Source of the DNA: Chamaesiphon sp.
GTDB lineage: Bacteria; Cyanobacteriota; Cyanobacteriia; Cyanobacteriales; Chamaesiphonaceae
Assembly (NCBI GenBank): GCA_965246715.1
Contig: CBDFFH010000052.1
Span: forward strand, 32,001 to 96,000
Direction: 5' to 3'
DNA length: 64,000 bases
Part shown: in pieces, positions 10,624 through 20,270 of the stretch
Layout: each line of letters starts with the position of its first letter
How positions within the stretch are numbered: position 1 is the stretch's first letter
Program-made: the position numbers and the translations under genes
The notes under the pieces: generated by a model
Told to the model about the DNA's origin: nothing
What the model saw: the letters and a program-made list of their open reading frames with translations, nothing else
Databases searched by the model: none

Positions 10624-11796
10624 GTGATGATCCATAGAACGGCGCAATTTGTAATCAAAACATCCAAGCAATGTAATTTGCGTTGTCAGTATTGCTATGA
10701 GTTTAACGAGCTGCACAAAACTGATGTAATGACGATGGCGCAGATCGAGTCACTATATCGTCATATCGAGAGTTATTATCGATCGCTAGAGCATTTTACA
10801 GATATTCATTTTATTTGGCACGGTGGCGAACCATTACTGCTGCCACCGAGATTTTATTGGGAAGCATTAGACTTACAATCACAGATTTTTACTGGCGATA
10901 ATTATCAAGTTACTAATGGCGTTCAAACCAATCTCACCGTCTTGGATGACGAACGATTGTTGTTATTATCTGAAGGATTCGATCGAGTGGGTGTCTCGAT
11001 CGATATCATGGGAGACTTACGAACTTATGAAAATGGTCGCGATTCGCAAGCTCGAGTATTGGCAAATATCGATCGCTTGCGAGCAGAGAAAATCGAATTT
11101 GGTTGTATTACCGTTCTCAATCGTAAAAACATCGAAAATATCGAGCAAATCTATCAATTTTATCGGGAATTAGACTTAGCAGCTAGATTGCTACCTCTCC
11201 ATCAAACTGAAAATGTCACTCAAAATGATGGTATTGAAATCGATCCATACAGCGTATTAAAAGCTTTTCAAACTATCTTCGATCTGTGGTTGCAAGACGA
11301 TCGACTTACCTGGATTACCCCAGTCCTAGAAATGGTCAGATCGGTACTAGATTTTTACGATCCGCAAGCTGCTTGTCAATTTTATGATAAACGCGAATGG
11401 GAAGCAATTAATTTAGTGAATATTACTGGCGATATGTATGGGTATGCCGATGCCTATCAGATCGATCGCAGTTATGGTAATTTATTTACTACGCCATTAG
11501 CTGAGTTATTTGCTAGTCCCCAGCACGAACGATCGATCTTAGCAGCCGAACAGAGATTGGAGCAAACATGCGTCGATTGTAAGTTTTTTGGAGCGTGTAG
11601 CGGTTATCCAATTGCTGAAGATGGTTATGAATATCACGAATTAGATGAGAATGGCGCGATTCGTTGTATCGTCCAAAAAGGCATGTTGCAATATATTGAA
11701 TATCGACTCTTGGAAGAAGGCATTATCGAGCGCGGGGCAATTAATTTGGAGCGGTTGAAAAATATCGATACCAACCGGGAGATCGCGCATGTCTAG
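10624..11796 (+). CDS. Radical SAM/SPASM-family peptide maturase (resembles cyclophane-forming enzymes)
   Basis: CNLRCQYC (CxxxCxxC), WHGGEP, VQTN, VSID; C-terminal CVDCKFFGAC...C auxiliary cluster motif. Confidence 0.9.
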   Translation: MMIHRTAQFVIKTSKQCNLRCQYCYEFNELHKTDVMTMAQIESLYRHIESYYRSLEHFTDIHFIWHGGEPLLLPPRFYWEALDLQSQIFTGDNYQVTNGVQTNLTVLDDERLLLLSEGFDRVGVSIDIMGDLRTYENGRDSQARVLANIDRLRAEKIEFGCITVLNRKNIENIEQIYQFYRELDLAARLLPLHQTENVTQNDGIEIDPYSVLKAFQTIFDLWLQDDRLTWITPVLEMVRSVLDFYDPQAACQFYDKREWEAINLVNITGDMYGYADAYQIDRSYGNLFTTPLAELFASPQHERSILAAEQRLEQTCVDCKFFGACSGYPIAEDGYEYHELDENGAIRCIVQKGMLQYIEYRLLEEGIIERGAINLERLKNIDTNREIAHV

Positions 11797-12658
11797 TTTA
11801 GTTTCAATTAGTAATCGCCTAAAATCGGGTGTCAAAATATCGATCGATGAGAATTTAGCAATAGTCGATCGATTCAGCTTGAGCGATGGGGTAATTGAGA
11901 TCGAACCCGATCTATATCCACAATATTCTCATCCAGCATTTATTCCCCAACTACCCTGGCGACAGCCAACAGCATTAGAAATTGACAGCTTAATTACTGC
12001 TGTAAATCGCGAAAATTGTAGCGAAACGATCTCGATTGTCAAATTTCCCGAATCAACGATTGCGAATATTCGCAATCTGATTACCTGGGGAGAAAAAGAA
12101 TATGGCGAAGCTGTTACAGCCGCCGAAATCATCGCCCATCCTGAGTATGAATCGGCTCGATCTCCAATTCAGCAATATATCGTCGAAAAATATGCACTCG
12201 CACCCGATCTCGATTGTCGCGAATTGATTCGCTGTAATGTGGATTTACCTACTTCTACTATCAACGCGATCGAGTTTTTACCAGCTAGATTATTTGCCGG
12301 ATTACATTTAGATAGCTGGGACTATTTACCCTTCCGCCGTCGCCATCTCGCTCGAAATCGAGTCTGCATCAATCTCGGTTGTGAAGTCCGGTATTTCTTA
12401 CTGATTAATCTCACGCTCGAGCAAATTTTTGAAACGCTCGATCTTGTCGATCCTGATGATGTGTATCGTGATTATCGCGGTGTTAGATTGCCAAATAAAT
12501 TTATGTCCGCTTTCCCAGATTATCCAGTGGTGAGGTTAGCGATTCATCCTGGTGAAGCGTATATCGCTCCGACAGAAAATTTTATTCATGATGCTACTAG
12601 CATTGATAAAACAGTTCCCGATTGGAACATAACTTTTTTAGGGAATTTTAAAATGTAG
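11789..12658 (+). CDS. Putative non-heme Fe(II)/2-oxoglutarate-type oxygenase (cupin fold)
   Basis: GLHLDSW (HxD) plus distal PGEAYIAPTENFIHD His; 8-nt overlap with the rSAM stop. Confidence 0.6.
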   Translation: MSSLVSISNRLKSGVKISIDENLAIVDRFSLSDGVIEIEPDLYPQYSHPAFIPQLPWRQPTALEIDSLITAVNRENCSETISIVKFPESTIANIRNLITWGEKEYGEAVTAAEIIAHPEYESARSPIQQYIVEKYALAPDLDCRELIRCNVDLPTSTINAIEFLPARLFAGLHLDSWDYLPFRRRHLARNRVCINLGCEVRYFLLINLTLEQIFETLDLVDPDDVYRDYRGVRLPNKFMSAFPDYPVVRLAIHPGEAYIAPTENFIHDATSIDKTVPDWNITFLGNFKM

Positions 12659-12833
12659 CACTCAACCAGCGGCGATCGAAATTGGAGCGTAGATATTTGA
12701 GTGTCGCACGCAAAAAAAATGCGCTGAGCTTGTTATAAAAGTTATCGATCGAGCCAATCGGATTGGTTCCGACCGAGCACGGCGAACGCTAAAATAGATA
12801 ACTATATGTAAAAATGCTTTAGATCGAATTACT

Positions 12834-13355
12834 ATGCCGAGAACCCAGAAGAACGATAACTTCATCGATAAGAGCTTTACCGTCATGGCAGACATGATCC
12901 TCAAGATCATGCCTACCAACAAGCGTGCCAAAGAAGCTTTCGTCTACTATCGCGATGGGATGTCCGCTCAAGCCGATGGTGAGTACGCCGAAGCACTAGA
13001 CAATTACGAAGAAGCGCTCCGCCTCGAAGAAAATGACTACGACAAAAGCTACATTCTCTACAATATGGGCTTGATTCATGCCAGTAATGGCGAACACAGT
13101 CGGGCCTTAGATTTATACACCCAAGCCGTCGAACTCAATTCTCGCCTCTGTCAAGCCTTGAATAATATTGCGGTCATCTACCACTACCAAGGCGAAAAAG
13201 CCGCTGAGGAAGGTGATATGACGGCTAGTGAAGCATTATTAGGTAAGGCTGCTGAATACTGGATTCAAGCAATTAAAATTGCACCCAACAACTATATCGA
13301 AGCGCAAAACTGGCTGAAGACTACTGGTCGATCGCAAATAGATATATATTTTTAG
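12834..13355 (+). CDS. ycf3: Photosystem I assembly protein Ycf3
   Basis: [16 protein letters not shown]...YYRDGMSAQ...[10 protein letters not shown]. Confidence 0.99.
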   Translation: MPRTQKNDNFIDKSFTVMADMILKIMPTNKRAKEAFVYYRDGMSAQADGEYAEALDNYEEALRLEENDYDKSYILYNMGLIHASNGEHSRALDLYTQAVELNSRLCQALNNIAVIYHYQGEKAAEEGDMTASEALLGKAAEYWIQAIKIAPNNYIEAQNWLKTTGRSQIDIYF

Positions 13356-13443
13356 TGAATAGTGAACAGTGAATAGTAAATTCCCCTCCGAGGAGGGGTG
13401 CCGCGTAGCGGTGGGGTGGGTACGATCTCCGCACCTCACTGAT
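13354..13443. repeat. Heptamer array (AGTGAAY)x3 plus small dispersed repeat C, empty copy
   Basis: gtaaattcccctccgaggaggggtgccgcgtagcggtggggtgggt; reverse-complement homologues at 26701 and 44313. Confidence 0.85.
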
Positions 13444-13487
13444 TTCTCCAATCTCCCCAATCTCCCGTCCCCTCTACCCATCAACTT

Positions 13488-13772
13488 ATGCTCGATCGCG
13501 AACAAGTCCATAAAGTAGCGCTACTGGCTCGATTAGAATTGACTCCAGATGAAGAAGAAAAATATGCAGTGCAGATGAGTAGCATCCTCGACTACTTCGA
13601 GCAACTGAGCGAACTCGATACCGATGGTGTCGAACCGACGACTCGCGCGATCGATCTTAGCAATATTACTCGCATCGACGAGCAATCTTCCTACCAGAAT
13701 TTGGCCGGAATTTTTGAAGCGGCACCCGATCGAGAAGAAGACTTCTTCAAAGTACCAAAAATTATGGCTTAG
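13488..13772 (+). CDS. gatC: Asp/Glu-tRNA amidotransferase subunit C
   Basis: V..VA.LARL.L...L.ELDT..VEPT...FFKVPKI. Confidence 0.97.
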   Translation: MLDREQVHKVALLARLELTPDEEEKYAVQMSSILDYFEQLSELDTDGVEPTTRAIDLSNITRIDEQSSYQNLAGIFEAAPDREEDFFKVPKIMA

Positions 13773-13830
13773 CTAAATTCTAGAGCTGTAGATGGTGGCT
13801 TTCGGTTGCACAAGTCAATCACGAATGCAA

Positions 13831-13858
13831 TCCAAAATCCAAAATCCAAAATCCAAAA
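13831..13858. repeat. Heptamer tandem repeat (TCCAAAA)x4
   Basis: Seen directly. Confidence 0.9.
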
Positions 13859-13897
13859 TTAATTATCAAGCACCTTTAAGTATCAAGAGAAAATACC

Positions 13898-14122
13898 GTG
13901 TCTCACTCGATCGTTACGAATATTTGTGAAGGTGTAGCCGACTGCGTTGCAGCTTGTCCCGTAGCCTGCATCGCTCAAGCTCCAGGTAAAAATACTAAAG
14001 GTACCGATTGGTATTGGATCGATTTTAATACCTGTATCGATTGTGGGATCTGCCTGGTAGTTTGCCCCGTTGAAGGTGCGATCGTTCCTGAAGAACGCCC
14101 TGATTTACAACTTCAGACTTAA
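13898..14122 (+). CDS. Bacterial-type dicluster ferredoxin
   Basis: CEGVADCVAACP and CIDCGICLVVCP; GTG start. Confidence 0.95.
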   Translation: MSHSIVTNICEGVADCVAACPVACIAQAPGKNTKGTDWYWIDFNTCIDCGICLVVCPVEGAIVPEERPDLQLQT

Positions 14123-14138
14123 CCCAAACTCACGTTAA

Positions 14139-14786
14139 CTATTTCTGGACTTTGGCACGAAATAATAATTTATCACCTTGTTGGTAACCGATATATCTCA
14201 CCGTCACTAATTCGCCAGGACTTATACTATCTTCAATCGATTGATGATACTGCGGATCGTAGGGTATTTCGTCACCAACCGAGCCGATTGTAGTGACTCC
14301 CCACTGGGCAATTAGTCGATCGATCGATCCGACTAATGGCAATAGTTTAGTCGCTGGAAAACTGGGATTAGTTATCGCCGCATGTTTGGCAGTCGGGAAA
14401 TAAGTAAGAAAAGATTCTAAAACTTGCAAACTTTGGTATTGAAACTCTGTAAATAGGGTTTCTTTTTGTTGCTGTAATTGCTGTTGGAGACGAGCGTACT
14501 CTTGCTTGAGCGTGGCTATTTCTCGATCGGTAGATGCGATCGATCTATCACCAAATATCTCGATTAATTCGATCGCGGATATCTGTAAACTGTTGCTAAT
14601 ATTTAGAATTGTCTGCCAGCGAAGCGTTCCCAGTTCGCCAGCCCGAATTTTATTAATCATATGTGCCGAAGTTCCTGCCGATCGATATAATTCTTTGAAA
14701 CTATTAATACCTGCTGTTTGCATTAATTGTTGTAGTTCGATCGTGCGATTTGCCTTACTAGCTACTTCATTAGTTGGATTATTCAT
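14139..14786 (-). CDS. XRE-like HTH protein fused to a GrpE-like C-terminal domain
   Basis: N-terminal HTH-like helices, coiled coil, then IGSVGDEIPYDPQYHQ...V.VRYIGY...LLFRAKV. Confidence 0.7.
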   Translation of the reverse strand: MNNPTNEVASKANRTIELQQLMQTAGINSFKELYRSAGTSAHMINKIRAGELGTLRWQTILNISNSLQISAIELIEIFGDRSIASTDREIATLKQEYARLQQQLQQQKETLFTEFQYQSLQVLESFLTYFPTAKHAAITNPSFPATKLLPLVGSIDRLIAQWGVTTIGSVGDEIPYDPQYHQSIEDSISPGELVTVRYIGYQQGDKLLFRAKVQK

Positions 14787-14803
14787 ATCGCATCAAAACG
14801 AAA

Positions 14804-14826
14804 GGTGGGCATTGCCCACCCCCACA
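14804..14826. repeat. REP-like palindrome
   Basis: ggtgggcattgcccacc, immediately downstream of dps. Confidence 0.5.
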
Positions 14827-14837
14827 GCTAGTTTGAT

Positions 14838-15353
14838 TTATTTGTCTAGGAGACTCCGTAGCATCCAGGCGGTTTTTTCGTGCATTTGTAGCCGTTGAGT
14901 GAGTAGATCTGCTGTTGGTTCGTCGCTAGCTTTTTCCGCAGCCACATAGATCGATCGAGCCGTGCGACATACTGCTTCTTGTCCTTCCACCAAAAGTTTA
15001 ATCATCTCCTCAGCTTTAGGAACGCTAGTGGTTTCGGGAATCGAACTCAATTTAGCATATTCGGTATAACTTCCAGGTGCCGGAAACCCCAAAGCACGAA
15101 TCCGCTCGGCAATCAAATCTACCGCTAGAGCCAGTTCGGTATACTGGGTTTCAAACATCAAATGGAGCGTTTGAAACATTGGCCCGGTCACGTTCCAATG
15201 AAAGTAGTGGGTTTTTAGATACAAAGTATAAGTATCTGCCAACAGCCGCGATAAGCCAGCTGCAATTTCCGCACGAGTGCCTTCTTCGATTCCAATGTTT
15301 ATTTGCATCATAGTCGTTTGTACTCCTACTTCAAGACTAGCCGATTTTGGCAC
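14838..15353 (-). CDS. dps: Dps/ferritin-like DNA protection protein
   Basis: [19 protein letters not shown]...D.IAERIR...EKTAWML; true start may be further downstream. Confidence 0.95.
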   Translation of the reverse strand: MPKSASLEVGVQTTMMQINIGIEEGTRAEIAAGLSRLLADTYTLYLKTHYFHWNVTGPMFQTLHLMFETQYTELALAVDLIAERIRALGFPAPGSYTEYAKLSSIPETTSVPKAEEMIKLLVEGQEAVCRTARSIYVAAEKASDEPTADLLTQRLQMHEKTAWMLRSLLDK

Positions 15354-15493
15354 ACCTCATACATTTTAACGATTATGCGTGCGATCGGTGCGGTTCGAGT
15401 CGATCGAGGTATGCGATCGAAATCATCATCGATCGTCATCATCTAAAAAGATCGATTCGATGGAAATTCGCTAGATATTTTTTGTTAAAACTA

Positions 15494-15564
15494 AGCGAGT
15501 GGTGGGAATCGAACCCACAACAACAGCTTGGAAGGCTGTAGTTTTACCACTAAACTACACTCGC
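15494..15564 (-). tRNA. trnG: tRNA-Gly(UCC)
   Basis: GCGAGTGTAGTTTAGTGGTAAAACTACAGCCTTCCAAGCTGTTGTTGTGGGTTCGATTCCCACCACTCGCT cloverleaf. Confidence 0.97.
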
Positions 15565-15683
15565 ATCGGCACGGACTGAATTTGCCGCTCAAACATATTA
15601 GCATAACCAGGGCGATTTGCAACCTGGTGGCAGTTGGGTCGATCGAGTGAAGCACCCAATCCCCAACTGCAGATCTCCATCTG

Positions 15684-16511
15684 CTACTCCTTAGCAGTTC
15701 CAGCTTCAACCAACTTGACTTTAGTAGCCAAACCCAGAAATTGGAGTACCTGAATCGTGATCCAAGTGATATCGAGTTCCCACCATTTCATCCCATGACG
15801 AGCCGAGTACTGGTAAGCATGGTGGTTATTATGCCAGCCTTCGCCGTAGGTAGTCAGAGCAACCCACCAGCAATTGGTGGAATTATCAGTAGTTTCAAAG
15901 GTGCGATAGCCAAATTTGTGAGTCGCGCTGTTGACTAACCAAGTGCAATGATAGACAACAACTAACCGAGCAAATACGCCCCAGAACACAAACGACCAAC
16001 CGCCGATCGCATACAATATTACTCCCAACACCACTTGGAGGGGGAAAAAGTAATTATTCAGAAATTGGTAAAAGCGATCGTCGGCAATATCCTTGGTAAA
16101 GCGGGGAATATCGCTTTCTGCGGGGATCTCAAAACACATCCAGCGGACGTGACTCCACAAGAAACCTTTTTTGGAATCATGATGATCCACATCTTCATCT
16201 GAGTGCAAATGATGGTGACGGTGTAAGCCGACCCACCAAATAATGCCGCCTTGTAAGGCTAAAGTGCCACACAAAGCAAAGAAATATTCCAGCCACTTGG
16301 GGACTTGAAAGCTGCGGTGGGACAGCAGACGGTGCCAGCCGAGAGTAATACCCAATCCACCTGTAATCCAGTGCAAAAGTAGTGCGACCCCTACCCCTTG
16401 CCAGCTAAATATCCCTGGCAAAAATGCACATACCGCGCCAATGTGAAAGATTACGAGCGCGATAATCATCGTCCAATCGAGACGCAGCTTTGTTGATGCG
16501 ACAACAGTCAT
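15684..16511 (-). CDS. desC: Acyl-lipid delta-9 desaturase
   Basis: His boxes HRLLSH, HRHHH, HNNHH. Confidence 0.93.
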   Translation of the reverse strand: MTVVASTKLRLDWTMIIALVIFHIGAVCAFLPGIFSWQGVGVALLLHWITGGLGITLGWHRLLSHRSFQVPKWLEYFFALCGTLALQGGIIWWVGLHRHHHLHSDEDVDHHDSKKGFLWSHVRWMCFEIPAESDIPRFTKDIADDRFYQFLNNYFFPLQVVLGVILYAIGGWSFVFWGVFARLVVVYHCTWLVNSATHKFGYRTFETTDNSTNCWWVALTTYGEGWHNNHHAYQYSARHGMKWWELDITWITIQVLQFLGLATKVKLVEAGTAKE

Positions 16512-16593
16512 TGAGATAACCTATGAAGAGTTTTAAGAATATGCCCGATCTGCGTACGGACTCATACAGGCAAATAATTTACCCCATCGAATC

Positions 16594-17832
16594 ATGAACG
16601 GCAAGTTACTCATTCCGGCGGCAGAAAAGGCACTATCACTGATTTTTAATGGTATTGACGGTCAAGTCAAGGGTAACATCCGACGAATTTTGGAAATTTA
16701 TCGTCGTCATCGGGTCGGTGTGAGGCATTTTGCCAGCGTCAGCGGCTACGGACACGACGATTTGGGACGCGAAACGATGGACAAAGTTTTTGCGGAGATC
16801 GTCGGTGCGGAAGCGGCAGCCGTGCGGGTGCAATTTGTCTCTGGCACCCATGCGATCGCCTGCGCTCTATTTGGCGTACTTCGGCCTGGAGATGAGATGT
16901 TATCGGTTGCTGGTGCGCCTTACGATACGTTGGAGGAAGTCATCGGGACGCGGGGATCGGGGCAGGGATCGCTCAAGGAATTCGGGATCGCTTACTGCGA
17001 ATTAGCCCTGCTGAGCGATGGGGGGATTGATTGGGATACTTTGAGTCATTCGATACAGAATAATACCCGTCTCGTCCTGATTCAGCGTTCCTGCGGCTAT
17101 GCTTGGCGATCGTCTCTATCGATTGCTGACATCGAGCGCATCATCGAGATCGTCAAGCGCCAAAATCCCAATACCGTCTGTTTTGTCGATAACTGCTATG
17201 GCGAATTTATCGAGGATCGCGAACCCCCTGCGGTGGGTGCGGATCTGATCGCCGGATCGCTGATCAAAAACCCTGGTGGAACGATCGTTACTGGTGGCGG
17301 CTATATTGCTGGGAGAGCTGATTTAGTTGAGGCTGCGGCTTGTCGGTTGACAGCACCAGGGATCGGTTCGTCTGGCGGTGCGACTTACGACCAAAATCGG
17401 TTGTTATTTCAAGGCTTATTTCTGGCTCCCCAGATGGTAGGGGAGGCGATGAAAGGCAATCATTTGACGGCTTATGTCTTCGACAAGCTGGGTTATGAGG
17501 TCAATCCGTTACCATTTGCCCCGCGTCGCGATGTAATTCAGGCGATTAAATTTGGTTCGCGGGAGAAGATTATTGCTTTTTGTCGATCGATCCAACAAAA
17601 TTCACCGATCGATGCCTATGTCGATCCGGTGCCTGGCAATTTACACGGCTATGAAAGCGAGCTGATTATGGCTGGCGGGACGTTTATCGATGGCAGTACG
17701 TCTGAATTTTCAGCAGATGGCCCGTTACGCGAACCGTATACAGCCTTTTGTCAGGGGGGAACGCATTGGACGCATGTAGCGATCGCGTTAGAAGCTGCGG
17801 TGGGTGCGATAGAGTTATTGGATAAAAAATAA
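16594..17832 (+). CDS. PLP-dependent methionine gamma-lyase-like / aluminium-resistance (YnbB) family protein
   Basis: GYGHDD.GR, VSGTHAI, VDNCYGEF, GSLIKNPGG. Confidence 0.9.
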   Translation: MNGKLLIPAAEKALSLIFNGIDGQVKGNIRRILEIYRRHRVGVRHFASVSGYGHDDLGRETMDKVFAEIVGAEAAAVRVQFVSGTHAIACALFGVLRPGDEMLSVAGAPYDTLEEVIGTRGSGQGSLKEFGIAYCELALLSDGGIDWDTLSHSIQNNTRLVLIQRSCGYAWRSSLSIADIERIIEIVKRQNPNTVCFVDNCYGEFIEDREPPAVGADLIAGSLIKNPGGTIVTGGGYIAGRADLVEAAACRLTAPGIGSSGGATYDQNRLLFQGLFLAPQMVGEAMKGNHLTAYVFDKLGYEVNPLPFAPRRDVIQAIKFGSREKIIAFCRSIQQNSPIDAYVDPVPGNLHGYESELIMAGGTFIDGSTSEFSADGPLREPYTAFCQGGTHWTHVAIALEAAVGAIELLDKK

Positions 17833-17925
17833 TCAAAAGGGGGTGAGCAAGATGCTTGTCCCCACAGTTAAATCTTCTGTTCCGATCGCACAGATTAGAA
17901 GTTAATTTTGTCTATCCACTAGCCA

Positions 17926-18366
17926 CTACATCGTAGGAGGTAGCTCGGAAGTACAATGAGCGCATTTGCTAGCAGAAATCGGAATTGTCGATAGGCAATA
18001 CGGACATTCTTTCGTGTCTGCTGCGTCTAGTTTTTCTTCTTTTCTCTTGAATTTTGCCATCGCTCTAACCATTAAGAAGATGACAAAAGCAATGACTACA
18101 AATGTGATGATGTTGGACAGAAACAACCCTAATTTAATAGGACTATCAGGAGGCCAATTTTCTAAATTTTTTACGCCACTAGCTGTAAGAACGGGAGAGA
18201 GCAGACCTGGAGTAATTACATCCTTGATGAGTGAATCAACCACTTTACCAAATGCACTACCTACAATTACGGCTACTGCCAAGTCAAAAATATTACCTTT
18301 GACGACAAAGTCTTGAAAGTCCTTAATAAATCCGGTGGCTGCTGCTCTAGAAGATCTCATTGTCAT
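17926..18366 (-). CDS. mscL: Large-conductance mechanosensitive channel with C-terminal zinc ribbon
   Basis: F..KGNIFDLAVAVIVG; C-terminal CPYC..I...A.KCAHC. Confidence 0.95.
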   Translation of the reverse strand: MTMRSSRAAATGFIKDFQDFVVKGNIFDLAVAVIVGSAFGKVVDSLIKDVITPGLLSPVLTASGVKNLENWPPDSPIKLGLFLSNIITFVVIAFVIFLMVRAMAKFKRKEEKLDAADTKECPYCLSTIPISASKCAHCTSELPPTM

Positions 18367-18669
18367 AAATTTAGATTTTTTCTATTTGTATATTTAATCG
18401 ATCGGTAGTCGAAAACATCATGATTATAGATCGACTCTTCCGATCGTCAATCGGTATCCAGCTCCGAACGTTACAAATATTACCAGTACAAATTGCAATC
18501 TGACTGTTACTTGTTAGCTGGAAGCTTGTTATTGGATTAAATATGAATAAATAATGAAAATATGTTTTCTTTCGTGACGATTAGTAAGAAAAACAGTTAG
18601 TCTTAATCTACCTAGTTTTTTGAGATCGTGATGTGCTGCCTTTTAGTGTTTCTTAATAAGAGATAATTA

Positions 18670-20088
18670 CTACTTAAGATGCATTAGAATGTAAATCAGG
18701 AAGACGATCGCGAGTCCGAGCGCAGCAGACAAGATCCACAACCAGGTTAAAATTTTTCGGCGATCGCCACCGCGTTCTTTGCGATCGTCAGATAGCTCAC
18801 TCCAGTCAGCCATCAGTTCATAAAACTGCAAATCGAAGTAATCTAGCTGTTGTTCGCTCGATCGAGCGATGTCTTCGCGTACCGAGGCAAGTTCCGATTT
18901 GAGCGTCGCGATCGCTTCACGATCTAAGCTAAATTCTTTAGCAATATTAGTAAACTGAGATTGGATTGCCTCGGTTCGATCGATTGTTTGAGCGGTTAGT
19001 TGGTAAAATCGATCGTTTTCTAAGTGCATGGATTCGGTAAGTTTCATAAATCCGCGCTCGATTTCTGCAATCCGACTGTGAAGAACTTGAGACTTTTCGG
19101 TGATTTGTGCGTGCATATCCGTAATTTGGACGCTCAAATCTTGCACTTGGGAGCACTTGAGACTTAGATCCACACTCATTCCGGCAATCTGCAAGCGATC
19201 GGTCGAAATAGTTTGCGACAGATCTTGAATTAATTTTTGGTATTGGCATAATTGCTGGACTGAATCATTACTTTGGGTGGTGACACGCTCCTGAATGGCG
19301 TGCAATGATTCATAAAAAGCCTCTTGTCCGGTACTGAGCCGATCGTGAGCCAGTATCAGCGCATGACGACTGGCTTCGAGTTCGGTTAATAGCGCGCGGA
19401 TCTCTCGATAATCGCCAAACTTTTCCAAGCCAGTAACTATATCTGCCCGAATCCCATCAGCTGCACCGATCAGTTCCTGAATTTTGCCGACCCGTTCCTT
19501 GGTGTAGTGCGCCAACTGTTGAGTGCGAACTTTCATGCGATTGACTTGGGTGGCATTTGCATCGACAGCATCGACTTGAGATTGATTGCGGTGATGGAGA
19601 GCTTGTAATTCGGCACGCGCAGTGACGAGTTGCTGGTGAATGTTATTTAGCTCTTGATAAAGTTGATTATTCGTCGCTATTTCGGTAGCTGCAGTTGCAT
19701 CAAGGGTCTCGGAAATCGAAAGTGACTCTTGTTGTCGTCGTCGCGCTTGGTTATGTTCTGGTAGCGTAGCTAAGCTAATGGGATTGACAATCTTTGGGGG
19801 ATGCGGGGTTGCCTGTTCTAACGATCTTATGAGCAAATCTAGTTCGGCAGTAACATCGAAGATCTCGCCAGTCGAGTCGATCTTAATCGATTGGACGATC
19901 GTTGGTGCTTTCATCTTTTGCGGTTTGGCGATCGGCAAATTTGTCGTGGTAGCTTCTGCTCCAAAATTGCTGCCGATACTTGGCTGCGGCACTGCAACAA
20001 TTGACTCGTTGGGAGTGGACGGGATCGATTCCAACTCGAGAATTTCTGAATGTGAGTCGTCCCGATCCAGCGAAGATGAATTAGTCAA
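18670..20088 (-). CDS. Coiled-coil hypothetical protein with C-terminal TM anchor
   Basis: 472-aa heptad-rich ORF ending ILTWLWILSAALGLAIVFLIYILM. Confidence 0.75.
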   Translation of the reverse strand: MTNSSSLDRDDSHSEILELESIPSTPNESIVAVPQPSIGSNFGAEATTTNLPIAKPQKMKAPTIVQSIKIDSTGEIFDVTAELDLLIRSLEQATPHPPKIVNPISLATLPEHNQARRRQQESLSISETLDATAATEIATNNQLYQELNNIHQQLVTARAELQALHHRNQSQVDAVDANATQVNRMKVRTQQLAHYTKERVGKIQELIGAADGIRADIVTGLEKFGDYREIRALLTELEASRHALILAHDRLSTGQEAFYESLHAIQERVTTQSNDSVQQLCQYQKLIQDLSQTISTDRLQIAGMSVDLSLKCSQVQDLSVQITDMHAQITEKSQVLHSRIAEIERGFMKLTESMHLENDRFYQLTAQTIDRTEAIQSQFTNIAKEFSLDREAIATLKSELASVREDIARSSEQQLDYFDLQFYELMADWSELSDDRKERGGDRRKILTWLWILSAALGLAIVFLIYILMHLK

Positions 20089-20270
20089 GCAGCCTACCTC
20101 CTAAGATTTATTTGGCTCCGATCGCTGACTACTGTAGCAATGCCATTACTATGTCATAAATCTGTCAAATCGCTCTATATTATAGCCGCAGCACTCAGAC
20201 ATTCCAAACCGCCGTTATGCGGATCTCGGGCGTTAGTTTTAGCTGAATAGTGGCTGAGTGGCTGTTAAAT

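Noticed and set aside
10624..11796. Anaerobic sulfatase maturase (anSME)
   Set aside because: No sulfatase nearby and the two-cluster SPASM cysteine set is incomplete; not excluded without a phylogeny.
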